DNA from: Raillietiella orientalis | Lineage: Eukaryota | NCBI GenBank assembly: GCA_036172245.1 | Contig: JAYWIR010000005.1 | Coordinates: 2,046,001 to 2,110,000 of the forward strand | Direction: 5' to 3' | Length of the DNA stretch: 64,000 bases | Part shown: positions 49,431 to 63,030 of the stretch, one piece after another | Layout of the letters: each line of letters begins with the position of its first letter | Position numbering within the stretch: position 1 is the first letter of the stretch | Made by a program: the position numbers and the translations under genes | Notes under the pieces: model-generated | Told to the model about the DNA's origin: nothing | What the model saw: only the letters and a program-made list of their open reading frames with translations | The model's database searches: none

Positions 49431-50506
49431 GGCAGGAAGCTGCTCAGTGCATCCCTCTTGGTTCAGGAGGCTCGGTTTGGCGAGAAAGCTCCGTCTCTCG
49501 CCGACAAAGCACCGACCTCCATGAAAATAATGTTCTCTAAATAGAATTTTGCCCTCTTCGCTAAACTGGGGCTAGAGGAGCTAATCAATCTTTTCCCGGA
49601 GGCTGCATCCATCGCGAGAATTATTTGCCCCAGAAAATCATTCTAATGAGCTCAAGAACGCAATTTAGAGAGCAGCTGAATGTCTAATTACGGCGGCTGT
49701 TTATTATGCTGCATTTCGCGCTTCTCCTCGCGGTGTCACGCAAGTCCAAGGAGGCGCATTTCCCTTCCCTCACGCGGAGAGCTTCCAGGAGCCATCTCAT
49801 TTCCTTGCATGGAGACTGGTGAAGCCAACGGCTCCCGCCTCGGACCGTCCGACTGATGCAGCTGACACGAATGTCTCGGCTGGCACACGCGGGTACGCAG
49901 TGACCGATGGGAAAACGACCGATGTCAGGATTCACGCAGCTTGCAGACAGCAGGGGCTCCCACCAAGAGGTTTCTGGAGGAAGCGGCCACTCTGGTGCGT
50001 ACCAGAAGGTCCTCTCGTCGTCACTCCAATGTCTTCATCTTTTCGAAGATTTCCCGTTCTAAAAGGAATATCCACACAGTGCGTGGCTGCAGATCACGTT
50101 CTATCGTTGCATGGCTCAGTAGCGTGTCCCATAAATGCAACCTCAAATCGCATCTGGACAGTCACACTGAGTGTTCCAAATGAGAGACGAACGGATGCTC
50201 AAAACGGTGAACGTGGCTTGTGGAGATGGGCGATCAGCTGCTCGAATAGTGTCCAAGAACGAGGGTGTCTGGCATTCGTAGTCGTGTGCCTGAAGAAACT
50301 GAAGAAAAATTTCTTGAAAAGCACGAAGAAAACGAATGATTCTTCATCTGATAAAGAGGGTAAGAAAATTGTTTGCAGAATCCAGCAAGGGCATAGAAAT
50401 GACATTCTTGTTTGGAGGACCATTGGAGGGCAATATTAATCACCTACTGATGCACTTCCATCGTGACACCATTTCGGATGGTCGCTAGGAGCTTTCTCTA
50501 GTGTGC

Positions 50507-51504
50507 CCGCGTCGGAGGCTTTGCGGTTAAGGCTTCCGCTTGTGCTACCATGCGTCGGGGGTTCGAATACTCCGGCAGAAACTGATGCCACTGCGTCGTT
50601 GGGTTCCGAGTTTCTCCTGCAATGGCGCTGGTTGGCCGAGACATTCGGGCGTGGCACCGGCGGTGGATTAAGCCGGAGGCTTCCGATGAAGGCTGGAACA
50701 ATGAGAGTCCACCTTCGGGTCCTTCCAGGAATCAAGGAGTGGAGAGTTCCCCCTCCGGTCGTACAACGGAGAGCGGACCCCCACACCGGGGGACACCTCC
50801 GATTTCAAAGTGTATCAGGAGCCTTCACAGGCACCTCTCCGGTTCTTAGAAGGAGCGGACCCCCTCTGTTGCGGGGGGCCCCTCCGAGTCGCCGCCTCTT
50901 CAGAAGAGTGCAAGGAAGCAAGCGAGAGCCATCCCTCTGCGGGAAGCTGCAGCGCCCCTTCTGAATTTCGGAAGCGTCCCTTCGGGGTTCTCTTCAGAGG
51001 AGTGAACAGGAGCGATTCCCTCCGGAGAAGAAATTCCTACTAGCGGATCCTTTCCTGGTTCCCTTCGGAGAAGTTGAAATGGAGAGGACGGCCCCTCTCC
51101 ATTAGGGGGGGTCCCTCCGGAGAGAATGAGGAAGGAAGTTCCCCTTCGGAGACAACCAGGGTGGGAGATGCAATCCCCCCCGGATGGGGGGAATCCTTCC
51201 CGAAGCGTGAGAGGAACGGACTCCGAGCCCTTCCTGGATTCATAGGGCGGACCCCCATCCCGGGGTGCCCCCTATCCTGAAGAATTTACACGCCCCCCCT
51301 TGAGGGCTGCCGCAGCTGGAGTGTCGTGTAGACAAAACAGTGTGTTTTAAAGGACCACGTTCGCCGCGAGGCACGCGACCGGCTCTTGAGGCGCACTTAG
51401 CGAACCAAAAAAAAAGAAAACCCGAAGAAAAAAAAAAGAAAACCCGAAGAAAAAAAAAAGAAAACAGCGAAGACAGAAGAAAAAGAAGCCAAGGATTTTC
51501 CATC
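50507..51504 (+). mobile_element. tRNA-headed SINE-like repeat, full length
   Basis: Closest relative of 12123-13068, with the same head, body and tail. Confidence 0.8.
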
Positions 51505-53239
51505 ATCCCAAGACGCCGAGAGTCTCGACGGAACTTTCACATCGCCAGGAACGAATGCTTTCCATTCAACAGCACTGCTGACGAATGAATCCTTCAGTAC
51601 TTTGCTATCAATACGAACACAGTTCAGCAATTTTTTTCGAGCGCATTGACACCACTCGGTAATTTAGTTTTCCCTGGAACAGAAGTTACGACCAGAGTAA
51701 TGGATGTTCCAGACTTGCAACTGAAGGAAAAAAAAAAAAATAGATGGAAAGTAGAAATCCAGTTGGATTATGAATGGGAGGGATACTTATTTGCCTCTTC
51801 ACTATCAGGAAGAAGTAGCGATTTGTATCTTGTTACTGCTGGAGGATCCACGTGGAAGGAAGCCCGGGTACCCGTGTTCATTGTATTTCTAGCAGGCAGA
51901 ACCAAGCCGCCCGCTTTGGTGAACAGCAAAATCGACCGCAGGGAACGTGAGGATTTTACTCTGCACCTGAAAAAATCATTCCTGGAAGGTCAAGAGATTC
52001 CCGGCAATAGAATACACTAAGGTCGGATGTTTAGCAGAATCTCCCGAATAACGCTACATTTTAATCTTCTGGAACCATGGCAAACAGCAAAGTCCTATTC
52101 CCCGTTTTTTTTTTTCTTTTTTCGTAGGCACCATTGCTTTAGGGTGACTGCTAGCTTTAGTGCATTGCTCCGTAATCGGTCCTCCTTTTGTATATTGTCG
52201 ATTCTTCACATTCTCTCTCCTGCCCATCCATCCTGTTTCTCCTGTTCCTGCTGCTGAGGCTTCACGTTGAGCTCCATCTCAAATTATCCATTATTTTCTG
52301 CTTACTGCTTGCGAGCGCTGAATCGATTCCCTTTAGTCCAAAAGAAAAAGCAAACATGATTCATCTTTGGTTTCCCTGCCCCAGAGACCGCTTTTTGTAG
52401 TTGACACGTGGAAAGGAAGGAAAGAGCCCAGGAGAACGGAAAGATTCTATCTTCTATCGCTCAACTAAGGCTTGCTGAATTCACCGTCAGCCTAGTGGTG
52501 TTTCGATGAGGTGTTTGGCATCGGGGCGCGCCTCAGACGGTTCGGTTTTGCAATTCTGTTCCAGACAAATTTTCGGATTTCTTTACTCTTTCGAGGGAAT
52601 CGTGCGTGTTCTTTTTTCCAAACGGCTTGAGGCGAACCCCTGTAATGCTGGGCTCTGATATCGAGAATGCATTGAGAATCAGAGGTCCACAGACATCTCT
52701 ACGGAATCGCATATGGCTCGCCGTTATCGTAGGAAATCGCTACATCTTGAAACTATCCAGGCAACTTTGAATCCGATCAAAGCGAATATGGTACAAGCTG
52801 ATGGTGTTCCTATTTTCCGAAAGACGCTTCTCTCCACCTGGTCGTACGAAATCTTTTTTGAAATCTTTGGAAGCACTCAAGGCAGCGCGAAGTGCATCGT
52901 GGAAGAAAAAAATGGCAACGCAGTTCACCGGTCACGTGGTAAGGAGGAGGACAACTTAGATACACGATAGTGTGCTTGGAGCCCTGTCAGAGATGGGAGA
53001 AATTCTGTGCATCAAGACACCGATCACTATTCTCTCTTAGTAGTAAATCTTTCAAGATCAGTCGGCGATAAACCAAAATTTGCTTTTCTTCCCTTCTCCC
53101 TCGAGCTGAACGCTCACACAGTTCCATGTCGTGCATGGTGGGAGTAGACTAAGGAGAAAACATGGAAGTAAGAAAACAACACATTTTCTGAGTCAACATA
53201 GCGAGCGGACCCGAAGTAGCTGGTGAAAAAGACAGAACG

Positions 53240-53820
53240 CCAAGGTCTCATTCTTCAAAACAAGTACGTGTTGATGGAGATGAGTTGCAGGATTCAGGAT
53301 GTATGGAACTTCGAAGGAGGCACTGCTGCAACAAAAACGATATTTAAAGCAATTGATTGGTCAGCCTGCTTCATTAAACAGCGTACAGCTGAAACCCTTG
53401 TGACCAAGTGCAACTCGTGACCTGTGTGCATCTAGTACCGAATTGGAACGGTGCGAAAGATAAATACATCCTCGACACTGATGCTGCTCATCTCTTGGGA
53501 ATCCTCCAGGCACTGAGGATGCTGATGTGGAAAACTGTGCTGGGAGTCTCCTGTAGCTAACGGACTCCAAACGACGAAGAGAAAAATACGACTGTGTTTG
53601 CCTCCTTTGAGAACCACTGAAGTTCAATCTGCTCATGTTCTGAATGACATAAACCATAATAAGTAATCTGATGATGCATATATTACGAATACTCATAGTA
53701 ATTAATACGATCTTTCGAATACGCTCTGGAACAACGAAAACCAATCCCAGAGAAGAGCATTCAAACAAGAATACAAATTTACGATGACGCCTTATGAGCA
53801 TTGCCAGTCTACTCATTACT
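53240..53820 (-). pseudogene. Decayed membrane-protein exon, paralog 3 (possibly gustatory/odorant receptor-like)
   Basis: Shares AGGTCACG.GTTGCACT and CCAATCAATT with paralog 2. Hydrophobic helices; ends LISINTYLF, resembling the TY motif of the arthropod GR C-terminus. Confidence 0.3.
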
Positions 53821-54317
53821 AGGCATCATGGTAACATGGCGCGTTTTAGTCCTGAGGTTGAGGTGGCCAATTACGGCCAGCCTCCGAACCAGACATGACG
53901 AGCGGCCTAGTGCCAGATTGTAACAGATTGGTGCCACTGAAGTGCGTCAGGTGACGACACGGCTCGCTTGCATACTCAAAATGAGATACAAGAACAGCCG
54001 TGGCTGAAATTTCAGTGTGGAAGGAAGCGCACCACTTGGGTGCAGAGGTGCAGAGAAAAAAGCAAAAGGGACGGAAATGATGCACGAAATGATGCCATCT
54101 TTTTCATTCTTCCTCCTCAACATTATCAGAGCATCAACACAAAGCCTACAAAGAATCTCAACGGAGTTTGATGGACACGTCTCTTTCAAAGCAGATCACT
54201 TTGAGAAAACATCCGGTGTTTCCGACGCTGATTGAAGTGTAAAACAGCTCTATCTCAAGAAAAAGAATCGAACTCTTTATGGATCTTACCTCTTGGCTGG
54301 GAATCTCTTAGAATTCC

Positions 54318-54580
54318 GCGTTGACTGACGTGTGGCTGGGGCCTCCACGCGCGTGAACAAGCGTTGCGGGTTTGAATTCCACCCGGGGAAGGGTCGATGC
54401 CGAGAAATGGGTGGGTGCATCATGGAATTCAAGTCCACCCCCGCAGGACGACGCTACCTGGCCTTAGATAGGTTTCCGGTGCGGCACTGGAGGAAGCTGG
54501 AAACCGGATGCCCCTGATGACGGGCCCGGATTGGAAGCTGACCCTCCGAGGTCCTATCAGGAATCAAGGAGTAGGTTTCT
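54318..54580 (+). mobile_element. SINE-like 5' fragment
   Basis: Degenerate double B-box head and GGATTGGAAG..CAGGAATCAAGGAG body. Confidence 0.6.
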
Positions 54581-55781
54581 TCGCAGTTCCTCTCCGGTTG
54601 TGAAAATGGCGCTGCCTCGCACCGGTGGATAGAAGAGGACAAACTTGAAAACGTGGACACCACTTTCCAATGCCATCCTCGTTGAAGACCACTCATTTTC
54701 GGAATTGAAGACCGTGAATCTGAAGATTTCTTTCGAGAGTACATCGTGTCTCCAACGATGTTTGACTTTGCCAGTTCCTCGAGGTGGAGGCGAAAGCGTT
54801 CCTTCCGGACAGCATCCATGGGAAGGTATAACATTGTAGATTCGAAAGATAAATGCAAAACTGCGAAGTTCTACACTGACAATCGGAATAATCATGAATT
54901 TCGCCAGCACTGTTACTGTCTGTTAGTGTCACGCTAATGATGGGATGAAGCCATCCAGGAGCAGTGAGTTGTCTCGGGTTTTCTATTCTTCACTTGTTAG
55001 GCAGGAGGCCTTCGAAACCATCCCCTCCTCCCCTCCCATCCCGCAAACGCTAGAAGTCTGAGTGAGAACTGTGGATGGGAAATACTCTATCCATTTACAA
55101 AAGTTTTGCATATTTGGACGCGATATTGATGATTCGCATCCATCTCATAGCAGAGCAGTGTCATTTGAAGGGCTGGAGGACTTGGTTTCCGTGCCTTTAG
55201 GTAATTACAGATGAATTGCCTCCTCTAGGCAGAATTCAGAGTTCGGTCTTCTAGCTGACAACGAAGCGAATCGGAGTAAAAGGATGATCTTTGTGGAAAC
55301 GAAAAATAAAACTTTGAACTTTTAACGAAGCTGTGGTTCAACGACATAACGGTACTCCGTCATTCGAAAACTTGGGCCTTCCCGATTAAAGCCTTTCGAG
55401 AACGGTATCTTGAATTCATTTATAGTCCTCGAAGAAAAGTGCAAGAATGGGCGGACTAATTGACCGTGAAATATAAGGGAGGATTTGTACGTTGCAGCGC
55501 AAACGTTACTCATAACGGCCATTTCCTGCGCGCAAATCTCCGTGCTCGGACGAAGCGAAAGGAGTTGATTTGCTTTTTTCCTGTCCGTTCCGACTTTTCC
55601 CTCCCCCGAAAAAAAAGATGCCTTGTCGCAGGAGGAAGAAGAAAGTCAGCTAAAGATTGCCGAAGCTGAGGAATTTTGATTTCGAAGAGCTCCGATGAAA
55701 GTGCCACCAGGTTCCAGGAATTCTGATCTCACTGGTATCGTCGCTCTTCGAGGCCCCTGGTTTGATGGTCACCCCTTAACC

Positions 55782-56034
55782 CAGCGTTTCCCAAATTGGA
55801 ACGCTTCACATAATCCTGAAATTCTGACAGAATACCTTGGTCATCTTGTAGCGTGGCTAGATACGAATAATAAATAAATTATATATTATTATTAATAAAT
55901 AAGTTAAGCAAGTAAACATGAGAGTTAAGAAAACAAAGCAAATATTTATTATCAAATTTTAATCATGTAAAATTTTCATAATTTTTCACGGAACGCTTAC
56001 TGAATTTCCACGAAACACAGTTTGGGAAACACTG
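55782..56034. mobile_element. Non-autonomous hAT (Buster/Charlie-type) MITE
   Basis: TIRs CAGCGTTTCCCAAA / TTTGGGAAACACTG, a perfect 8-bp TSD CCTTAACC (55774-55781, 56035-56042) with central TA, and an AT-rich interior. Confidence 0.92.
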
Positions 56035-56487
56035 CCTTAACCCTAGCATTTGGCAATGATCTGATAGGACATTTGGAGGGGATTTTTTTTCTTTTTTTTC
56101 TTCTTTATAAGTGCTTTCTGTGACGTATTCCGCTAGAGGCAACAACTCGAAGAGAAGAGCTAGCTAGAGGCCAATCCGATCACCGTGTACGCTGATTTCA
56201 GAATGGAGCAGGAAAGAAAAACGACGTCAGTGAGGGCGTCTGGAGGTGGTTCTTGAACGACGCCTTCATAATTCTTCTTCATCACTACCCCTTTGATTTT
56301 GCTAGATGAAGTTTGCACGTAGATCTTGGAAGTATTACGTGCAGCAACTGGCACCGTGCATCTCTAATGAACTTCTATATCAGAGATGCACGAGTGGAAG
56401 AGAAGGGACAGATGGGAAGGGGGACAGTGTTTGGAAAACGAGGTTTCAAGAGTGTTTGCCGAGTCTCAGGTAAGGGTGTGGAATAAG

Positions 56488-56912
56488 ACGGGACGTTGCT
56501 ACGGTGATCTGATCGAAGGGGAGAAGAAACCTTGCACTTCGAGCTCATTGGTGCTTTCCTGGAAGCAAAGCGCGCAGGCGAGTTGGAACCTGAACACTGA
56601 GCTCAGTGTTTCAGTGCTTCCCTCGACTCGATAGACAGTGACGCACCCTGTCTTAAAGCTGCTGCTCCACGAGACGAATTCTCCATGACGTAGCTCGGAG
56701 TGCACGCAGCCTGCATCCAGTTGGATTTTCCGGATCCCCAGTAGGTACGGGGCCTGAGGAGGCAATTGATTTCATGATGGTCGCTCGCGCAAAACTGCGC
56801 GTCATTCAGATGACCACTCGCTTGCAAGCCTTGCTTCCAGGAAAGCACCAATGAGCTCTAAACGCAAGGTGTCTTCTCCCCTTCGATCAGGTCACCGCAG
56901 CAACGTCTCATG
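56488..56912. repeat. Fold-back element with ~110-bp imperfect inverted arms
   Basis: ~56490-56600 is the reverse complement of ~56800-56910 (e.g. GAGCTCATTGGTGCTTTCCTGGAAGCAA / TTGCTTCCAGGAAAGCACCAATGAGCTC). No clear TSD. Confidence 0.85.
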
Positions 56913-59900
56913 TTCTTCGCCAGGTTTTCTTGGATGGATGAACTCAGCGAAGGAAGAGCGCCTAACTTGACACCAAATGCAAGAACAGTTCAGACTTTCT
57001 TCTTCTCATCTCAGAAAGGGAAAGCCGAAGGAACTCGACTAAAAGCTTCGAAAGAACGTAAAGGCTCTTTGAGACCCGAGTCGAGCACTCTCCGGATTCC
57101 GAGAGCTCTTCCTGCCTACCCGAAGGAGCCTCTGAGTCCGAGGCTGGCTTGGGGTTTACTCAAGTAAACTCAAACCGTCATTGCAAACCCCAAGCATGTG
57201 GATGTCTTGGAATGGGTGGATGTCGCTGCCTTCCCAGCGAGACTGTTTTGGAGGGCGACCTCAAGAAGACGACAGTTCGTTCGCAGGTGAAAAGCACGGA
57301 TTTGAAAAAAACAAAAAAATTGTAGAGGACACGCTGATAGAGAGACGTTGACAGCTCCATGGCTCTGAGCAACCAAGGAACAGAAACGATTTCAAACTAC
57401 GCTTTCTTTACGTTAGTCCAGACGCTCAGCAAGCGATCATCTTGTATGGGGAGCATTTCTTCTTTGAGAGCAAACGAATCTGCACGCCTTCTTCCCGATG
57501 ACAGCTTGGAATTAGGAACTGACTCTATTCGGAGCAGAAATGCAAGGCCATGAATGAATTCGGAGCCAGGGTCACATCTGAGGGAGGATGAAGCACGGAC
57601 GAAGGAAAATCCGCGAACTCTACCGTGCCTCCCGGTTATTAGGGAACCCATTTAGGGAAAGCCCGGTTGAAAGAGTGCATTAGAAGAGATCAGTTGAAAA
57701 CTGAGGAAGACGTCGCACGAGCCCTCGTACGTTTCCGGATTCAACAGAAATGCTCCTTCATCCGGACATCACTTCCCAATTGCCGAGGAAGCGACATCAA
57801 ATTGCAAATGCATGTAACGATGCGAAAGGCGCTAACGGTTTCGTTCCATTACGATTTTTTCTTTCCTCTCAACCTCCTTTCTACTCATTTCGGGTCTCTG
57901 CTCTTCTTGGCTGAAAATCGGAAAGCAAAAGGACATCACCATAACCTGAAATGCTCAACCTCTAGGGACTCGGAGATAAAAGAGACAAAAAAAAATAAGA
58001 TTCCTGCGAGTGTCTCCGCTTTTCGTTGCCCGAGCAACAGAGATGCGAATCTGCATGCTAGAGAAATCAATTTGCAAACTTGAAAAAATCCTCAAGCTTC
58101 AGGAAACTGAGTGCTGCAACGTGTGCAGCAGTCGAAGACAAAATGAGCCAACAACTGTGAAGATACAAAAGATTTCTGCTTAAGAGTACATTCCATCTGT
58201 TCGCATCTGACCGCTCGCCCTTTTCCATCAGCATCCCGAAATGTAGCCATTAGATGAGAATCCAGGCCTCTCGTCATCGTTGATTCGTGCCGTTCGTCAT
58301 AGGCGCTCTGAATTCCCATAATTTATCATCTCTTTTTTCGCATAATTCATCCGCCTTGCTCGAATTTTTTCTTCTTCCGTGTTTCCTTTCAATTGCTGCG
58401 CAAATCCAGCTCTCTCGAGGTCAGAGGAGACGATCAGAGGTGGAATGGTCCAGAGCCATTTGAAATCCACCAAGCATGGGATGCAGGAGATCTTCGGAAC
58501 GAAAACAAACCCACAGCTGTCAGAGAAAGGCAGAAACTCAGGCGGATTTTGGGAAGGAATGAAGGAGTCGCCCTATTTTGTGACCTGGACACACCCACCC
58601 GCCTGCACTTGATTGTTTCCTCTGCTTCCTCTTTTTTTGGTGATCTCAGTTTATGAGGCTTTGCCTTGGCGACCGCGTGCACGGAACGGGCGCTTCTTCA
58701 GCGACTTCCGCTTTCTCCCGTTCCCATCCTCGTTGATGCTTTCGGAAATTGGAAGGGAAGCTTCCTGTTGCACCATCCCGGTTGCCTCCTTTTCTCCACG
58801 GCACGAAAACCGGCAGCCAAGCGTTCGCGTGCCCTTTGCGAATTCCATGCTGCCGCCTGCGTTCGGTTCATTCATCCGGACAGCTGCAATTTTTCACGCC
58901 TCATCTTTGACTCTCCACCCGCCTCCGCCTCCGCGATTCTCAGTAGCAGTCCAAGAGCTCGAAAATGCCGATTTCTCTTGTTGGTGTCTTCTCCCTGGCG
59001 CTTAGAAAAACATGGCACTTTCCGCCTCCTGTCCGTATGGATCCGCAGCATGGGATTACCTTATTGGATCTGCCCGTGCCGAATTCTGCCAACAGAACTG
59101 CCAAATTCCTACCACTGAGTAACATTTGGGCGATTCGTTTTCCCACTGATTATTATCCTCATTACGGACTGTTGCTCTGATTAAGAAGAGAAATTTGCAG
59201 TCCGTTCTGGAGAGGGTTTCATTTCACTGAGAAACCGATGGTGCCTGCAGGCAGGAAGGAAGTTTTCAGTAATTCATGACAGTGAGGTACTACATAAACA
59301 CTGCTGCTTTTGTTGGTCCTGTTCATGACTTTTTGCTTCCTCTTTGGAGGTCGGGATAGATTTTCCTGCCGTTTAATTCAGCTAATTGTTTACGACACAT
59401 CCATCTCTTGAATGGTCCGTAGCCGACGCCTGGAGTCCCAAGATTCTTTGCTTTTACATTCTTATTAATCAGGAATCACAATGAAATTTGGGCACTCCTT
59501 GGATCAGGAAAATTCATCCATTTTTTCTTCGATTCAAAATTCCCAGAGCAAATTATTTTCACCCTTCGCACGAAAAACATGTGTGTTGCACGAAGCCTCA
59601 CTTTACGTGGCATCTCTTACCTGGATCTCATGTTCATCTCCATGTATCCGAACAAAAGGATGGAGAACAGCAACTCCATGAGGAAAGCAAGCTGAGGAAG
59701 TTTATCCCATAAGAAGAGATCCTCCGTGCATTGCTGAAATCGAACACCTACAAAATCTTCCATTCCTCAAGTCGAGTGAGCTCTTCGGTGCTGTTGCAAT
59801 GGAATGTCTCTTTCAGTGCTCCCGAAAGCATCACTATAGGGATTTCCACTCGTAGTTACCTGCGGAATCACCATGAAGTCAACGAAAGGTTCCTCATAAG

Positions 59901-61704
59901 ATATTGCAGTTCTTCGCACGCACGGAGAGGTTCTCAGAGGCGGGCGAAGAAAAAGAAAAATAGGTAGATTAAGTTAGTGCAGCCGGTCAGAAATGACGTG
60001 TCTTGCTTCCCTAAAAGTCTAAATCTGTTTTGATATCAAGCCTTTCTAATTTGTCTTCTGCAGTGGGAGGAAGAATTCTGCCTTTCCTTCAGCTTTGTGA
60101 TTTCTTTAAAGTTCCGACGGGTTTTCGCAAAGGAGAATGTTCTCATTCTTCAGAGCTTTCTTTTGAAAGCTCTGATAATTAAATCTCTCTTCATAGATTC
60201 AAAGAGATATGATGACTGTTCTTCCCTTCTTCCCCTTTGTACACTATCCCGACTCAGCTGCTGATTGGAAGAGAGTTATCAACATCTTTTTTTCCCCCGC
60301 AAAATACCAAGTGTTCTTAGCATACTGATGAATGATTGCCTCATGACTGAGTTCATCACTGGAAACGCACCATGGACTCGTTCTTGCCAAAACTATCTTG
60401 TCTATTTCCACATATTTCTGTCGAAGAGTCAGCAAGTTCGATGCCATGGTAACTCCAAACGGATGAGTTTTTTTTTAGTAGTTTTTGGGTACTCGGTACT
60501 CTGCAACAGTTTAATAAAGGAAAAATTGAGACAACAGGGACGGAGCGCGGAACACCGGAGCGATGATGGTGTCTTCGACGGCCATTCCTAAGAAGAGTTC
60601 TATAGGAAGAACCTGGATCAGGAACTGTGCAGAATACTCTCCTGGACATACCGCTACATCTTGAAGATAGCGGATGTTGCCCAATTGAATGGACTGTCCA
60701 CCGGACTCTGGTGACCCTCACAATCCCGAGCATGACCAAAGAAAGTGACACGCAGTGCTTTGAATTTTTTGTGTGCAGAAACACTCGACAGAGTGCCTGC
60801 AGAAATGTGCAAATGGGAGAATTAGTGCGAAAGTTACTTAGCCAATTCACTCCACCGCCGGTCCGGCTGGGGACAACTGAGACAGCAGAGGCGTAGGTTA
60901 ACTGGGTCGTGGGAACAAGAGAGAGCTTCTCTGAGGACAGAGGGAACTATAAGGTTGGATTTGTCCGCTTGCAACCAACGATGCGTTTCTGTCTCCATGT
61001 GTGATTTCCGGTATGAGTGACGGAAGATTCCCGGAGGGATTAGAAGGGGCTGCTTAGATCGTGTGGAACTCCATATTCCCGCAACCCGTGAATGCTGCAA
61101 CATTATCAGGAACCGTGTCGACCTCCTAGGCAGTTGCTGAGAGGTCCCTAGCTGCTAGGCACGAAGACCCTACAGGTTTGTTTCTAAGGACAAATCTGTC
61201 GATTTGTCCTCAGGAAAAATTTGCCTGGAGACTCTTCTGGAAATTCCCTTGAAAGCTCCCGTGATCCCTCCAGTGCACGGTCTGCTCTTTCACTTAACTG
61301 GGAGCAAGCAGTATCGGTGTTTCGGCGTGGAGTCTCCCGCGCACGCTCGACAGCCATCCTCGTCACGAGATCGTGCTGACTTCACTTTCCAAAGAAAAAC
61401 AAACACGCAAGGCAGGTAAATCCCACGGGACTGCTCGGATGCGAGAAGGAGGATCGCGGACTCTCAGTTCCTCGGCACAGAGCACGAGGGGGCAATGTGA
61501 AGAGACAATGAAAAAAATTAATGAATAAGGAAGAAGGGAGCGCCGTCGGAGTCGTGTTCTGCAGCCTGCGTGCGAAGCAGGCGTGACTCTCTTCCATTCT
61601 TTGCCGAAGACGGAACTGTGTTGCCACATTCATCGCAGTTGAGGAGACGAAGCGTGGAAATCAAGACAGGGGTGGCATGAAATTCTTCAAGACAGGGGGT
61701 ACTC

Positions 61705-62456
61705 CGGGAAGGGACCACCTATAAGTCCAGGAAGGGCTCCGGATAAGGGAATCCGTTCCTCTCACGCCTGAGGAGGGATCCCCGAAGCGAACACATCCAC
61801 CCTGGTTGTCTCCGAAGGGAACCCCTAAGGGAATCTTCTTCCTTGTTCTCTCTGGAGAGACCCCGGTTGGGTACGCTCCATTTTTCTTCTCCGAAGGGAA
61901 CCCGGAAAGGATCTACTATTAGGAATTTCTTCTCCGGAGAGAACCTGCAAGAGAGCCACTCTTGTTTATTCCTACTCTGAAGAGGACACGAAGGGACGCT
62001 TCCGAAATTCAGAAGGGCGCTGCTTCCCTGAAGGGATCGGCTCGCTTCTTTGCACTCTCTGAAGAGGTGGCGACACACCTACTCCATGGTACACTTTGAT
62101 CTTAGCCAAAAGGCCGAGAAGCGATGTACGACACGGAGGGTCCTACCCTCCGAGGGGGAGGGAGATATCCTTCACACCACCTTTGAACCATGAAGGGAAC
62201 CGCACTTTTTGATTCTGCTTCCTGGAAGGACCCGGAGGTCGAATCCCATCGCCCCGGCCACTCTTCAAGGGCATCCGGTTTTAACCACTACCAGTGCCGC
62301 ACCCGAACGGATGTAGGCCAACCAGCGTTATCTTGCGGGAGGAAGTCAAACCCGAGACACACCCGGCATCTCTCGGCTTCAATTTTTTCCAAGTATTCGA
62401 ACCCACGACGCCTGGTGGTACCACTCGCGGAGACCGTGACCACATGGCCTCAGACG
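61705..62456 (-). mobile_element. tRNA-headed SINE-like repeat copy
   Basis: Collinear with 1700-2382 (e.g. TTCCGAAATTCAGAAGGGCGCTGCTTCCC). Confidence 0.75.
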
Positions 62457-62780
62457 CCGCCTTCGGTCCTTGCTGGGATGCATTCCGGGACGCCACGATC
62501 CCCCTGACTCAGTGCAGGATCGCCATCGGAGCAGTCTGTCCATGAGTGAAGCACCGCCGCGGCAACCCTTTTTTCTTCTCCAAACGGAACCCGGAAAAGA
62601 TATGAATGACGGTGAGGGCGAAGCGAGGAAGCTCCCAGGCGTTTCTCAAACTGTTCGAAGAGAGCCACTGTCCAAGGAAGTACGGGAACGTTTCCTCTTC
62701 CCCGTGCTAGGAGCTGTTTGCAACGATGAGCGCGTCCTCTCGGTCAGCAGTGTCGTGGCTGATTGCACGGGTCGGAGTCT

Positions 62781-63030
62781 GCGTTCGAGGCCGTGTGGCT
62801 GCGGTCTCGGCGAGCGTGTCAACAGGGTTGCGGGTTCGAATCCCACCCAGGGAAGTGTCTCGAATTCTCCCTACAGGACAACGCTGGTTGGCCTGCAGAC
62901 TTCAAATGCGGAACTGGTGGAAACCAGAAAGCGGATGCTCCCGTTGACCGGCCGGGATAGGAAGCTGAGCTTCTGGTGTTCTTTCAGGAATCAAGGTGCG
63001 CGGGTTTCTTTGGGAGTCCCTTTCGGCTGT
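62781..63030 (+). mobile_element. SINE-like 5' fragment
   Basis: GGCCGTGTGG...GGGTTCGAATCCC head followed by GCTGGTTGGCC and CAGGAATCAAGG. Confidence 0.65.

Noticed and set aside
57000..61600. Numerous 60-160 aa ORFs
   Set aside because: No recognisable domains or consistent exon structure; treated as chance ORFs. Small real exons cannot be excluded.
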